Below the pieces are notes generated by a model that saw only the letters and a list, made by a program, of their open reading frames with translations, ran no database searches and was not told where the DNA came from. Below are positions 1 through 13,280 of a stretch of DNA of 64,000 nt, in pieces. Made by a program: the position numbers and the translations under genes. The stretch comes from Heterodontus francisci. Taxonomy: Eukaryota. How positions within the stretch are numbered: the stretch's first letter is position 1; each line of letters begins with the position of its first letter. The stretch lies in contig NC_090404.1 of the NCBI RefSeq assembly GCF_036365525.1, positions 6,386,001-6,450,000 of the forward strand, written 5' to 3'.

Positions 1-720
1 AGAATTATTCCAGGGATGCAGGATTTTTGTTACAAGGTTAGGTTGGAAAAACTTGGGTTACTCTGCATAGAACAAAGGAGATTCCGAGGGGAGTTAATAG
101 AAATGCACAGGATTTTGGCAGGCAGTTAGTAAGTTAGACAAAAAAAAATTGTTCACATTAATCAATGGTACAAGGACTAGGGGACACAGATTGAAGGTTT
201 AAGGCAAGAGATGCAGGGGGAATATGAGGAAACACTTTTTTATCCATTGGATGGTAATGACCTGAAACTTGCTGCCCACGAAGGTGGTGTAAGTGGAGAC
301 AAGAAATGACTTCATAAGGACATTGGATAACCAGATGAGGGAAATAGACTTACAGGGCTACGAGGATCAAGTGGGGGAGTGGGATGACTGAAAATCTCTG
401 TGAGGAGCCGGCATGGATTCGATGGGCAGAATAGCCGTAAATGTCTCTATAACCCAATAAATTTCGACGATATGAGGGGGACGATAAATGACAGAGCAAA
501 TTGATATTATCTGGAATGTACTGCCTGAAAGGATGGTGGAAACAAATTAAATGAATACTTTAAAAAGGGAATTGAATAAATACTTCCAATAGAACAAATG
601 TTGCACGGCACTTGGAAAACAGCAGGGAGTATTTGAATAATTTGTTAGTTCTTTGAAGAGCTGGTACAGTCCTGAAAGGCTGAATGGCCTCCTTCTCAGC
701 TTTATCATTATAGGATTGTA
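1..720 (+). mobile_element. Degraded CR1-type LINE 3' fragments
   Basis: Resembles the C-terminal coding region and 3' UTR of the CR1 copies elsewhere in the window. Confidence 0.7.
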
Positions 721-784
721 TGATTTACCGGTTCAATCCAACACCCCTTTTTACACCTATTGTTGATAAAAAAGAACAAAACGA

Positions 785-1212
785 AAAATGTTGCATTTAT
801 ATAGCGCCTTTCGCGACCACAGGACGCCTCAAAGGCTTTGTAGCCAATGAGCTACTTGCGAAGTGTCGTTCCTGTGTCATGGAGGAAACCCGGTACACGA
901 TTTTCACACAGAAAACTCCACAAACGGCAATATGTTAATACCCATATAATCTGCTGGTCATGTTGATTGAGGGATATATATTGATCAGGATAACTCTCCT
1001 GCACTGGTTCCAAATAGTGTTATGGCATCTTTTACACCTGAGAGGGCAGATGGTACCATTTCGAACCAGTGCAGGGGTTCCATGTCCCATCCAAAAAACG
1101 GTATCACTGACAGTGCAGCACTCCACTTGAGTGCCGGTGTAATTTCTTTGCTCAATTCCTGGAGTAGGTTTTGAAACTGGAACGTGCTCGTTCCAACTGA
1201 GCCACGGCCGAT
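785..1212 (-). mobile_element. Deu-domain SINE (SacSINE1/AmnSINE-like), degraded
   Basis: tRNA-like head (reverse complement GCCGTGGCTCAGTTGG), Deu-like core GACAGTGCAGCACTCC, tail TTGCATTTATATAGCGCCTTT; family assignment from recalled consensus. Confidence 0.6.
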
Positions 1213-2319
1213 GATCTAGGTTTGTTTCGCGAAGTAATCAAGAAGAAATAAGAGAATAGAATTCCAGGCATTCAACAGTTCCACTTATATCAGAAAAAGT
1301 CTGGAATTATACTGCAACTTTCAACCATTTATTAGATAACCCAGAACTGCACGAATGATGAACGTGAATGGGAACTGTGCACAAACCAGATTAATAATCC
1401 TAGATCACGGTAGAGAGTCTCTTATACAAGGCGTGGGATCAATTGGGAATCGATAAACCGGGAGCCGTGCAACTAAAAACACATCATCAATTATACCTCA
1501 ATATAATAATATATTTTGTAGCGCCTTGGAACATTCGGAGCAGAAATTTGTGTGGAAAAGCAATTCCTGAATATTGACATACTGGCATCTTATTGGAGGC
1601 TTTATATCCATACAGTGGGTGTTAGCGGGAATGAATCTAGAAGAATCATTCGACACTCAGGTCTGCTCCAATGTCAAACAGTTTATTTTGTTCCGCCAGC
1701 GGGGAGCAGGTCACTGGGCTGTCCAGATGCCTCTCCACTGAACAAAGGAAAATCATCCAGACTTATACATTTTCAAACAGTTACTCAGCCCATCCCAGCC
1801 GGACATGGTCCAATCACAATGATTATCGATTATATACATTGATTATTAGAGCCAATAGAAGCGGTTACTAGGCATGACCGGCCCATACACAGATAGGGGA
1901 TTACTCATGATGTTTTCACCTCGTTACAGGATAGCACCTTTGTCAGCATTCCACAAGGGTGTCTGCTTTTCATTTTACTAAGCCTTTTGTTTGATATTGG
2001 ATTACTCAGTTCCTGTGGAATGTGGTCAAGTTCACTGAGCCCCATGGTGCTTTGCAACCTCCTCACTGTTCACTCATATTATATGTTACTGGTTACTCAA
2101 ATAATATTTAAACAGTATGATATTTACGGCAGGTGCCTCTGCACTTGGGAATACCCGACAACAGTGGGTTTCCCCGATACGAAACAAGCATAACACAGAA
2201 GTGCAGCCGGATGAAAAACAGGATTCTGCATTAACCTCATGCTATAGAGCACTGGCCTGAAAATCATCTTCAAAATTGTGATTGAAATCACCATACTCAG
2301 CAATATCACTGACTCATTT

Positions 2320-5300
2320 AATAAGTACTTACTTATTTATTTTAGATTAATTAACTAATTAGTGCTAGCAATGACAGTTAGAGGGGTGAAGTGCTTCACC
2401 TGTGAGATGTGGGAAGTCCGTGATGCTTCCATCGTTCCGGACGACAACACCTGCAGGAAGTGTACCCAGTTGCAGCTCCTCACAGACCGCATGGATCGGT
2501 TGGAGCGGCAACTGGATGCACTTAGGAGCATACAAGAGGCAGAAAGTGTCATAGACAGGAGTTTTAGAGAATTGGTTACACCCAAGGTGCAGGCAGATAG
2601 ATGGGTGACCGCTAGAAGGGGCAGGCAGTCAGTGCAGGAATCCCCTGTGGCTATCCCCCTCTCTAACAAGTATACCGTTTTGGATACTGTTGGGGGGATG
2701 GCCTATCAGGGGAAAACGGCAGCAGCCAGAGCAGTGACACCACGGCTGGCACTGTTGTTCAGCAGGGAGGGACAAAGCGCAGAAGAGCAACAGTTATAGG
2801 GGACTCTACAGTCAGGGGCACAGATAGGCGCTGCTGTGGACGTGAAGAGACTCCAAGATGGTATGTTGCCTCCCTGGTGCCAGGGTCAAGGATGTCTCTG
2901 AACTGACAGGGGGCAATCTGAAGAGGGAGGGAGAACAGCCAGAGGTTGTGGTACACATTGGTACCAACGACATAGGCAGGAAGAGTGATGAGGTCCTGCA
3001 GGGGGAGTTTAGGGAGATAGGCAGAAAGTTAAAAAACAGGACCACCAGGGTTGTAATCTCGGGATTACTCCCTGTGCCACGTGCCAGTGAGGTGAGAAAT
3101 AGAAAGATAGTGCAGCTAAACACGTGGCTGAACAGCTGGTGTAGAAGGGAGGGTTTCAGATATCTGGACCATTGGGCTCTCTTCAGGGACAGATGGGACC
3201 TGGACAAGAAGGACGGGTTGCATCTAAACTGGAGGGGCACAAATATCCTGACTGCGAGGTTTGCTAGCGTCACTCAGGAGGGTTTAAACTAGTGTGGCAG
3301 GGGGGTGGGAACCAGAGCAGTAGGACAGAAGTGAAATAAATGAAGGGGAACTAGTAAATAAGGCCAGTCAGACTAAGAGGAAGAGCAGGCAGGTAGATGT
3401 TATGGAGAACAGCGGGACTGGTGGTCTGAAGTGCATTTGTTTCAATTCAAGAAGGATAACAGGTAAGGCAGGTGAACTTAGAGCTTGGATTAGTACTTGG
3501 AACTTTGATGTTGTTGCTATTACAGAGACTTCGTTGAGGGAAAGACAGGATTGGTAGCTAAATGTTCCAGGATTTAGAAGCTTCAGGCGGGACAGAGGGG
3601 GATGTAAAAGGGGTGGGGGAGTTGCATTACTGGTTAAGGAAAATATCACAGCTGTACTGCGGGAGGACACCTCGGAGGGGTCATGCAGCGAGGCACTATG
3701 GGTGGAGCTCAGGAATAGGAAGGGTACAGTCACGATGTTGGAGGTTTTCCACAGGCCTCCCAACAGCCAGCGGAAGGTAGAGGGCAGATATGTAGACAGA
3801 TTTTGGAAATATGTAAAGGTAACAGGGTTGCAGTGGTGGGTGATTTTAACTTCCCCTATATTGACTGGGACTCACTTAGTGCTAGGGGCTTGGATGGGGC
3901 AGAATTTGTAAGGAGCATCCAGGAGGGCTTCCTGAAACAATATGTAGACAGTCCAACTAGGGATGTGGCCGTACTGGACCTGGTATTGGGGAATGAGCCC
4001 GGCCAAGTGGTCGAAGTTTCAGTAGGGGACCATTTCGGGAACAGTGACCATAATTCCATAAGTTTTAAGGTACTTGTGGATAAGGATAAGAGTAGTCCTC
4101 GGGTGAAGGTGCTAAATTGGGGGAAGGCTAATTACAAGAATATTATGCAGGAACTGAAGAATTTAGATTGGGGGCGGCTATTTGAGGGTAAATCAACATC
4201 TGACATGTGGGAGTCTTTCAAATGTCAGTTGATTAGCATCCAGGACCAGCATGTTCCTGTGAGGAAGAAGGATAAGTTTGGCAAATTTTGGGAACCTTGG
4301 ATAAAGCGGGATATTGTGAGCCTCGTCAAAAAGAAAATGGAAGCATTCATAAGGGCTGGAAGGCTAGGAACAGACGATTCCCTTGAGGAATATAAAGACA
4401 GTAGGAAGGAACTTAAACAGGGAGTGAGGAGGGCTAAATGGGATTATGAGAAGTAATTGGCAAACAGGATTACGGAAAATCCCATGGCTTTTTATACGTT
4501 TATAAAGAGCAAGTGGGTTACCAGGGAAAGGGTTGGCCCACTCAAGGACAGAGAAGGGAATCTATGTGTGGAGCCAGAGGAAATGGGTGAGGTACTAAAT
4601 GATTACTTTGCATCAGTATTCACCAAGGAGAAGGACTTGTTGGATAATGAGCCTAGGGAAGGGAGTGCAGATAGTCTCAGTCATCTCATTATCAAAAAGG
4701 AGGAGGTGTTGGGTGTCTTGAAAAGCATTAAGGTAGATAGGACCCCAGGGCCTGATGGGATCTACCCCAGAATACTGAGGGAGGCAAGGGAAGAAATTGC
4801 TGGGGCCTTGACAGAAATCTTTGCATCCTCATTTTTTACAGGTGAGGTCCCAGAGGACTGGAGAATAGCCAATGTTGTTCCTTTGTTTAAGAAGGGTGGC
4901 AAGGACAATCCAGGAAATTATAGACCGGTGAGCATTACGTCAGTGGTGGGGAAACTATTAGAGAGGATTATTCGGGACAGGCAAACGAACTTATTAGCGA
5001 GAGACAGCATGGTTTTGTGAAGGGGAGGTCGTGTTTAAGTAATTTGATTGAGTTTTTTGAGGAAGTGACGAAGATGATTGATGAAGGAAGGGCGGTGGAT
5101 GTTGTCTATGTGGACTTTAGTAAAGCCTTTGACAAGGTCCCGCATGGCAGACTGGTACAAAAGGTGAAGTCACACGGGATCAGAGGTGAGCTGGCAAGAT
5201 GGATGCAGAATTGGCTCAGTCATAGAAGACAGAGGGTAGCAGTGGAAGGGTGCTTTTCTGAATGGAGGGATGTGACTAGTGGTGTTCCGCAGGGATCAGT

Positions 5301-6299
5301 GCTGGGACCTTTGCTGTTTGTAGTATATATAAATGATTTGGAGGAAAATATAGCTGGTCTGATTAGTAAGTTTATGGACGACACAAAGGTTGGTGGAGTT
5401 GCGGATAATGATGAGGAATGTCAGAGGATGCAGCAGTATATCGATCGGTTGGAGATTTGGGTGGAGAAATGGCAGATGGAGTTCAATTCGGACAAATGTG
5501 AGGTAATGCATTTTGGAAGGTCTAATGCAGGTGGGAAGTTTACAGTAAATGGCAGAACCCTTAGGAGTATTGACAGGCAGAGTGATCAGGGCGTACAGGT
5601 TCACAGGTATTTGAAAGTGGCAACGCAGGTGGATAAGGTAGTCAAGAAGGCATACGGCATGCTTGCCTTCATCGGTCGGGGCATAGAGTATAAAAATAGG
5701 CAATTCATGCTGCAGCTGTACAGAACTTTAGTTAGGCCACACTTAGAATATTGCGTGCAATTCTGGTCGCCACACTACTAGAAGGACGTGGAGGCTTTGG
5801 AGTGGGTACAGAAGAGGTTTACCAGGATGTTGCCTGGTCTGGAGGGCTTTAGCTATGAGGAGAAGTTGGATAAACTCGGATTGTTTTCACTGGAACGACG
5901 GAGGTGGAGGGGCGACATGATAGACGTTTACACAGTTATAAGCGGCATGGACAGAGTGGATAGTCAGAAGCTTTTTCACAAGGTGGAAGAGTCAGTTACT
6001 GGGGGACATAAGTTTAAGGTGCGAGGGGCAAAGTTTAGAGGGGATGTGCGAGGCAAGTTCTTTACACAGAGGGTGGTGAGTGCATGGAACTTGTTGCCGG
6101 GCGAAGTGGTGGAAGCAGGTACCATAGAGACGTTTAAGAGACATCTTGACAAATACGTGAATAGGATGGGAATAGAGGGATATGGACCACGGAAGTGCTG
6201 AAGGTTTTAGTTTAGGCAGGCATCAAGATCGGCGCAGTCTTGGAGGGCCGAATGGCCTGTTTCTGTGCTGTACTGTTCTTTGTTCTTTGTTCTTTGTTC
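2320..6299 (+). mobile_element. Near full-length CR1-clade LINE (HER1-like), inactivated
   Basis: ORF1 with Zn-finger/coiled coil and SGNH esterase (VVHIGTND, DGLHLN); ORF2 endonuclease (VVGDFN, SDH) and RT (GVPQGSVLGP, FMDD) broken by stops and frameshifts; (TTCTTTG)n tail. Confidence 0.95.
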
Positions 6300-7224
6300 A
6301 TCTCTGTCCGGCTGATATACCATGCCCACTCTAACCATATGTCTGCATCCTGCTCCTGTGTATGTGCATATATTTGTTGTTGAAAAAGGAATCAAGACCC
6401 ATGGGGGCAGGCAGCAAAGTGGAGTTAAGACCACAATCAGATCAACCATGATCTTATTGAATGGTGGAGCAAGCTCGAGGGGGCCGAATAGTCTACTCCT
6501 GCACCTATTTCTATGCTCTTATCACAGTGACCCTGTACCATCAACCTGAGCACATCTCATTGAAGTACTGACCTTATGCGTCCAATTCATTCAGTGCATC
6601 AATGGACTGAATGGAGAGGCTCTGGGGAGTGTGATTAAAGGAGTTCAAGACATTTGAATTTTCAACCGCAATGTCTAACGCCCACAGGATATATTTCACT
6701 GTGGTAATGTCTTAAAATGACTATATGGCGGCACTAAAAAGTTAGAATTCATGTTCTGTTTATGTGTGACCTTACTCGTCTCACAGAGGGATAAGTATTT
6801 ATGGAGGGAAGTGGAAAAACGTATCCAATAGATTGCTATATTTCTGCTGTGATTGAAGTAATTCTGGTAAAGATGTTCTGTGTGCTTTGTTGGACATGAA
6901 AAACCACATGACTACAAATACTGAAATTGCCCCTTCTCTACCCAGTCATATTTTTGAGACGAAGATTCTCCATCAGCATAGAAGGAGCATCAGTACCACA
7001 GAGATATCTCCAGGCATCTCATTGTGAATTCAACTCAGGTTCATCTATTCATCTCTCATTTCGTCATCCATCCATCAATCAAAACGTTCATTGGTCCTTT
7101 AAATAAAACATTCAGACATCCAACTGTGCACTCATTCCAGCATCGCTGCGTCTGTCCCTCCATCCACGCAAATAAGCATATTTATCTATTTCAAAATGAA
7201 TCGCCTCTCTGATGTCCTTATTAT

Positions 7225-8515
7225 CTGTCTGCCTGTCTATCTATCTATGTATCTATCTATCTATGTATCTATCTATCTATTACAGCGTTATGATGTGATG
7301 CACAGATCCTCCAGTGAACTGTTCTTACCAACAGGGTGTCTGAGACGCTGGATGTATTTCCTTTCCTGAGATGGGAACAATTCACAGTTTCACAACTGAA
7401 AAAAATAAAATTGATTTCAATATTGTTGCTGGGTAGATATGTTTATGAGTAGGCCTCATTGACAATTTTAAGGGTTTGAAGTTGGCTTGCAGCCAAGCGG
7501 TCAGTAATGAGGAAACAGATCTTTGATTTACTGCACAGAACCCGCAGATGCTTCCGGTAAATAACATTGGGTCTTTGAGCCTCCCTGACTGCACACGGCT
7601 GGGTTCCTGCCAAATACTGTGTGGGGCAAATTAGCGTGAATATGAAAGGACAAAAACAGGATTTAACCACTTGAACATTAACTTATTCAGCAGTGATCTT
7701 ACGAAGCTAAAAGAAAGCATTTTACGAGGTATCATATCTAAAGAATGTTTTTCTGTAAATTCAGTTATCATATTATGGTAAAATGGGAGCGCCAAATAAT
7801 AAATTGACCAACGTGATCATTAAAAATAATTCTGGATAATTAAGATCATTTATTTAGTACTGCATGAAGTTCTCGAGAGAACATTTAATGACACCACCTC
7901 CTCCCCCCGCCACCACCCACCTCCCCCCCCCCCCACCGCCCCCCCCCCCCCCCCACCCCCCACCCGCCCCCAAACACACACACAGCGAAATGAGATATTG
8001 GGAATAACAAAATGAATAAATAGGTGGAATTGTCTTGAACCCGCTGCATTTCTTTGAATATTCTCACACTGCTGGGAATCACATTCAAACTAAATACTCC
8101 TTTATTGATAACAGCTGCATACTATACAGTTTAATTTATTATAATTTGAATTGCTTAACAAGCCCTTTCATTGCCAGGCTACCACTGGGTAGAGAATTTC
8201 CCAGTTTACGATCCGATTCCACAGCAAGTAAAGCGTCTATTCTTGTGATATTCAGTAGCACAGCGCTAAGTACTGATATATTGCGTTCCTGATACTAGTG
8301 TATGGTACACAGTCTTTCGCTAATAAAGTTAGCTGCAACGATTTGGAGCCGGGGGATAGATTTGCTCATAGCGATATCAGTTCGGATTCACTAACTCCTC
8401 TAGCTGATCTGAATTTTACATGTCACTCCTTAATTATCAGGCAAGCGGACTTCTTTTGCAAATAATTTTCAAAGGCTGGCTTAGGATCACAAAATCAGGA
8501 GCAATTTGTGAAATT

Positions 8516-8551
<36 letters not shown>

Positions 8552-8555
8552 GAGA
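7225..8555. repeat. Simple repeats upstream of VH: (TCTA)n 7235-7280, poly-C 7895-7971, (AG)n 8519-8555
   Basis: Seen directly. Confidence 0.9.
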
Positions 8556-9010
8556 CACTTGTATAATGTGAGGCGTTTATATTCACTCTGCTCCTAAATC
8601 ATGTAACTACAGCCATTCACACTGCAAATAGAATCACTTTACTAATATCCCGCATTTAGTTGCACAAATTGATAACAATTCAAATTATCGGGGGTACTTT
8701 ATTGATATAAATTGAAGGAATAGATCGACCGAGATGGATTAACATCTACTCGCAGTCACTTTAGACCCTGGTAACATAACTTAATCGAAGAGATTCACAT
8801 GCCCTGTGAAGAGGTGAGGGAATAAAGTGATTTGATTCGCAGCCCACAATGCAATTATTTATTATTGAACAAATATTCAACTGCAATATCTCCATTTACG
8901 ACCAAGTAACACATTGCACTGAAATCATACCGTCATATGCGTATCCACGGATACAGATGAAAAGTCACATTTAATAATATCCCAATGTAATGATATGAGT
9001 CCATTCTGTT

Positions 9011-9108
9011 AGTGATGTGGAAGGTGGGACGTGGATCCAGTAACCGCCTCTATCAGGGAACCTATAGGCGGCCCCTGTAACCTCGCCCCTTCTGCCGGGT
9101 ATTTAAAT
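9011..9108 (+). promoter_or_regulatory. VH promoter: TATA-like box and TCR-decamer-like motif, no canonical octamer seen
   Basis: TATTTAAAT at 9100-9108; AGTGATGTGG at 9011-9020 is 8/10 to the TCR-V decamer AGTGATGTCA; no ATGCAAAT/ATTTGCAT seen in the proximal region. Confidence 0.55.
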
Positions 9109-9198
9109 GCCGGTCACTGGGACCGCAATGGAGCAGTCCGGGAGCGGGTTTGCTCAGTGAGTTCTTACCAGAACCATTTTCCCCGAATTGTCAGAAGG

Positions 9199-9244
9199 AT
9201 GAGGTCGGCGATTTCTCTCAGTCTGTTACTTGTTTTCTTGTCCT
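9199..9244 (+). CDS. IgH leader exon (MRSAISLSLLLVFLS)
   Basis: ATG at 9199, hydrophobic signal peptide, phase-1 donor T|GTGAGT at 9245; about 90 bp downstream of TATTTAAAT. Confidence 0.95.
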
Positions 9245-9371
9245 GTGAGTCGTTTTTATTGTCCGAGTCTCTCACTGTTACCGTCTCAGTGTTAGTCTCT
9301 CTCTGGAATGTTACAGAGACAGGAATCATTTCACCAGGATTAATCCTCGGGGTTTTTGATAGTTTTTACAG

Positions 9372-9746
9372 GTGTCCATTCGGATATCGTGTTGACTCAG
9401 CCAGAGGCAGAGACGGGGAAACCCGGCGGCTCCCTCAGACTGACCTGTAAAACCAGCGGGTTTGATCTTGGCAGCCATTGGATCTGCTGGGTCCGACAGG
9501 TTCCCGGGCAGGAGCTGGAGTGGTTGGTTGGCTACTATGGTTTGTTCAGCAGCTTCTACGCCCCAGGGATTAAAGATCGATTTACTGCGTCCAAAGACAC
9601 TTCAAACAACATCTTCACTTTGGACATGAAGAACCTGAAGACAGAAGACACCGCCATCTATTTCTGTGTAAGACAGTACTCCGGGGGTGCTGGGCCGTAC
9701 GACCTGGGCTACTGGGGACAAGGGACCAGGGTGACGGTGACTGCAG
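9372..9746 (+). CDS. Germline-joined, in-frame IgH V-D-J exon
   Basis: Acceptor TTTTTACAG. Translates (C)[50 protein letters not shown]...[34 protein letters not shown], then donor G|GTAAGA at 9747. No heptamer/nonamer between FR3 and FR4. Confidence 0.95.
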
Positions 9747-9859
9747 GTAAGAAACATGCATTTATTCAGTAACTGTTTTATTTGTGCTTTTCTTTTATAT
9801 TTCAATTTATTTTAATGATACATTCGTTCACTGAAATGTGGGCTCAATGCATTCTATAT

Positions 9860-11060
9860 TGAGAGTTGTTGCAATGCTTTGTGATTTTACTGGAAAGAGA
9901 TTAGAGATTTGAATGGCTTCTCCACAAACGGTGCTGTTGAGGGATTCAGTTACTGTTTGTGATTTGGTGTTTATTTGCTGATGAGACTGTGTGTTTGGGG
10001 TACTTTAAATACCCAACTGTTGTGAAACTGTTGGACGCTTCTGCAATGTTTAATCTTGCTGACATCTAGTTGCTGCAGGTTTTCTGATCGAACACAAACA
10101 ATAAGTGTTTAAATATGTTCGAAATAAGATTCTCGGCAGAAAGCTTCAGCAGTCAAAATAGCCTGATGATATTTCGATCTATTTTTATTTGTGGTAATTA
10201 AATTGTCATCTATCAATCTACTGCTCACGAACGCTCATATGTAATACAAGATTTGATATAATTAAGAACTACATAAGTAACAAACTTGCAGATTTACCTT
10301 AGTATAATCTCACTTATTAAAATGTTGTGATATCAGCCAATATCAATGAAATATGCTATAGTATCAACGTTAATTTATTAGACATGTTCTCTGTACTAAC
10401 AGTTCTGCTACCATCATGTTATACATTGAGCAACTTCAGTAACTAACTTGTTCCAAGACAGCCCGGCTCGATGGATTTTGTCGTGAGATCTTTTGCAATG
10501 TTTCATTGGAATCGTTTGAAATTTTTTGTATAATTAAGCTGCTTGTCCATGAAATGTACTGTGGCAGGATTCAGTCCGTCAGTGATGTGATTTGGTGTTT
10601 ATCTGCTGAAGAGAGTGTGTTACTTTAAATAAGTAAAATTTGTGAAACAGTTTGGCATTTCTGCATTGTTTAATCTCGAGGGGCTGCAGGTTTTCCAATT
10701 GAATGGAAACATTCTACGTGTTTAAAACTGTTTGAAAGCCGATTGTAGCCGGAAAACTGGCAGGTTTCCGAAATGAGAAAAAGCATTCAAAGATATTTCA
10801 AGGTATTTTTTTTAAAACAATTTACGTGCTAATTGCAGATTAAACTATTAAGCCATAGTTTGCAACGTTCATTCAGTACGTGAAATGTTACTGCAATTAC
10901 AAACTGCATAATTAGCAAGTTTACAGATTGAAGAGTAAAGTTAATGTAATTCAAACAATTATAATGTGACAATATCTCCTCTTATAAACCAAATATGCTT
11001 CAGTATAAACATCGATTCATTATTTATTAATCGCCTTTCACAATTCTGGTATGCCACGTG
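9860..11060 (+). repeat. Diverged tandem duplication (period about 625 bp) at the start of the J-C intron
   Basis: GGATTCAGT...GTGATTTGGTGTTTAT-TGCTGA-GAGA...TACTTTAAATA...TGTGAAAC...GCTGCAGGTTTT at about 9942 and 10567; AAATATGCT--AGTAT at about 10349 and 10991. Confidence 0.75.
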
Positions 11061-12919
11061 CACAATTATTGTGACCAGAAAATGTTATGGGCTGGAGACA
11101 ATTTTTAATTATGCTTGAAATTATTTCAATAAGCATACTTATTCCAGTGCTGTGTTCTGTTAAGTTTGATAAGTGGTTTTGAATTAATTGTTACATTCCT
11201 GATTAAAACAGGTGAATTACAGCTTGTATTTACTTACAACGTCAATAGGCGTTGTAAATTGCAGTTTCTCAATGTAATATATCTGTCTGGTTATTACATT
11301 CTTTGCGTGCAGCCCAAACCATGTTCTTCCTTCAATGTCATTGTTGTTGGATAGTGAGATAATTATCACTAATCTAATATTAACTATTTCCTAATACAAG
11401 AAGTCGCTGGCTGTTAAAGAATTGTTCATATGATTTTATTCAAATTGAAGAAACTTGCAGACTGCGTAAGATGAGAGCCAAATAAATAACACGTTGAAAT
11501 TTAAGCAGATTCAATTAATTACAAAAGGTTGATGTTAGTTTTGAATTCAATAACAGCACCTGTTAATTAGGATATAATTAAAGGCAATGAACAGGTTATA
11601 CCTGATAGTTATTCTTCATGCTTATTAAATATTAAAGTGATCAGAAAAATCTCGGCTACATTTGCTCATTAAGTTTCAAATGTCGCAGATGATCTGATGA
11701 ACTGTTCTCGTCCACCTTTACAGTGATCATTTAGGAGCTTCTTTCAATAAAAAAAACACAATATATTTAACCATTAATTTACAGGGATTGTGTGAACCAC
11801 GAGAGTGAAATATAAAAACATTGTGTGATTAAATAGTGGCAGCACAGTTACTGATCGCAAAATGCTCGGGTGTTTTTGATTTTTTTTCTTATATGGTTAA
11901 GATTTATGACAATATTTAAACACGAGAGTCCTGTTTTCACAAACAGGCGATGTTACAGCCCATGGTCAGTTCGTCACCCCGGCCAGGCCTGGAACTATTT
12001 AAAGTATTCCACTCCTACATCTATCGTGTGAAATACTTGCTGAGAATAGACCGAGTTTGATATATCAACTCATTCAGATACATGTGTAGTTTACAAGTTT
12101 GCAGAGAGAAAACAGGGTGGGACTAGAAATTATAGTTCATTTCAAATTATTGAACTGTGGTTCGATTTAAGTAAAAGTAATATATTTGTCTGAATGTTTT
12201 CATCTATCAATATGACGTTTATTATTTAATATTGATTAAGTGTCATAATAATTTAATTAAAACCCTATTATTTCACAAGGTTCCAGGCAGAAACTAGTCT
12301 TGAATTAATATTAACTAATGATTAAATATCAGCTAACATGAATATTAACCGAGAATATAATAGTGTTCATTAATTAAACATAAATGACCTCCCACAATTC
12401 AGTAGTATATTTACCTGTATTCCAATGAGTGCAAAATCTCAAGGGTCAGAGAGAAATTTGAATTATGTCTGAAAACGATTTAGAGAACAATACATTTCTT
12501 ACTCAGCTGCACTCAGTTCGAAATGGTGTCACCACAGATTTTAATGAATTAACTGTGTGTATTGGTTCAATTTTTTTGGAACACTTAATGATAAAATTGT
12601 GTCAAACCAAGTGGATAATCGGTTTGTAAGGTAAATGTCTCCTGATTTTCTAAATTTTTACTCTGTCACTGAGCTGCTGTTAAGGACATCAAATTTTCCT
12701 GAAAGTGAATTGTTTTGATGTACTCATTTTAAGGGAAACTATGTCTTTCATGTTTTTAAGATTGCGAACAGACAGGGAGAAACAGTTGGAAGTCGAAGGG
12801 AGCTTTCGAAATGACTTTCAGTTAAATTTCAAAGAGCTTACAGACTTGCAGTGGTCACACTTTGACAGTTGATAAATTAGAATCAAGCAGCTTCATTGAA
12901 ATTGACAGATTGAATAGCC

Positions 12920-13280
12920 TGGACTTGAGGGCATGTCCTACGAAGAAAGATTGAGGGTGCTAGGGCTTTTCTCATTGGAGCGAAGAAGGATGAGAGGTGA
13001 CTTGATAGAGGGGTACAAGATGATGAGAGGCATAGAGAGAGTGGATAGCCACAGACTTTTTCCCAGGGTGGAAAGGGCTATCACCAGGGGGCATAATTGG
13101 AGGAAGGTTTCGGGGAGATGTCAGAGGTAGGTTCTTTACACAGAGAGTGGTGGGTGCGTGGATTGCGCTGCCAGCGGTGGTAGTAGAAGCAAATACATTA
13201 GGGCATTTAAGCGACTCTTGGATAGGTACATGGATGATAATAGAATGAAAGGTAGGTAGTTAGTTTGATCTTAAAGTAGG
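12920..13280 (+). mobile_element. CR1 3' fragment in J-C intron
   Basis: [25 protein letters not shown] motif. Confidence 0.85.

Noticed and set aside
9199-9746. Joined VDJ as a processed retrocopy
   Set aside because: Leader intron, promoter, J-C intron and all C introns are present.
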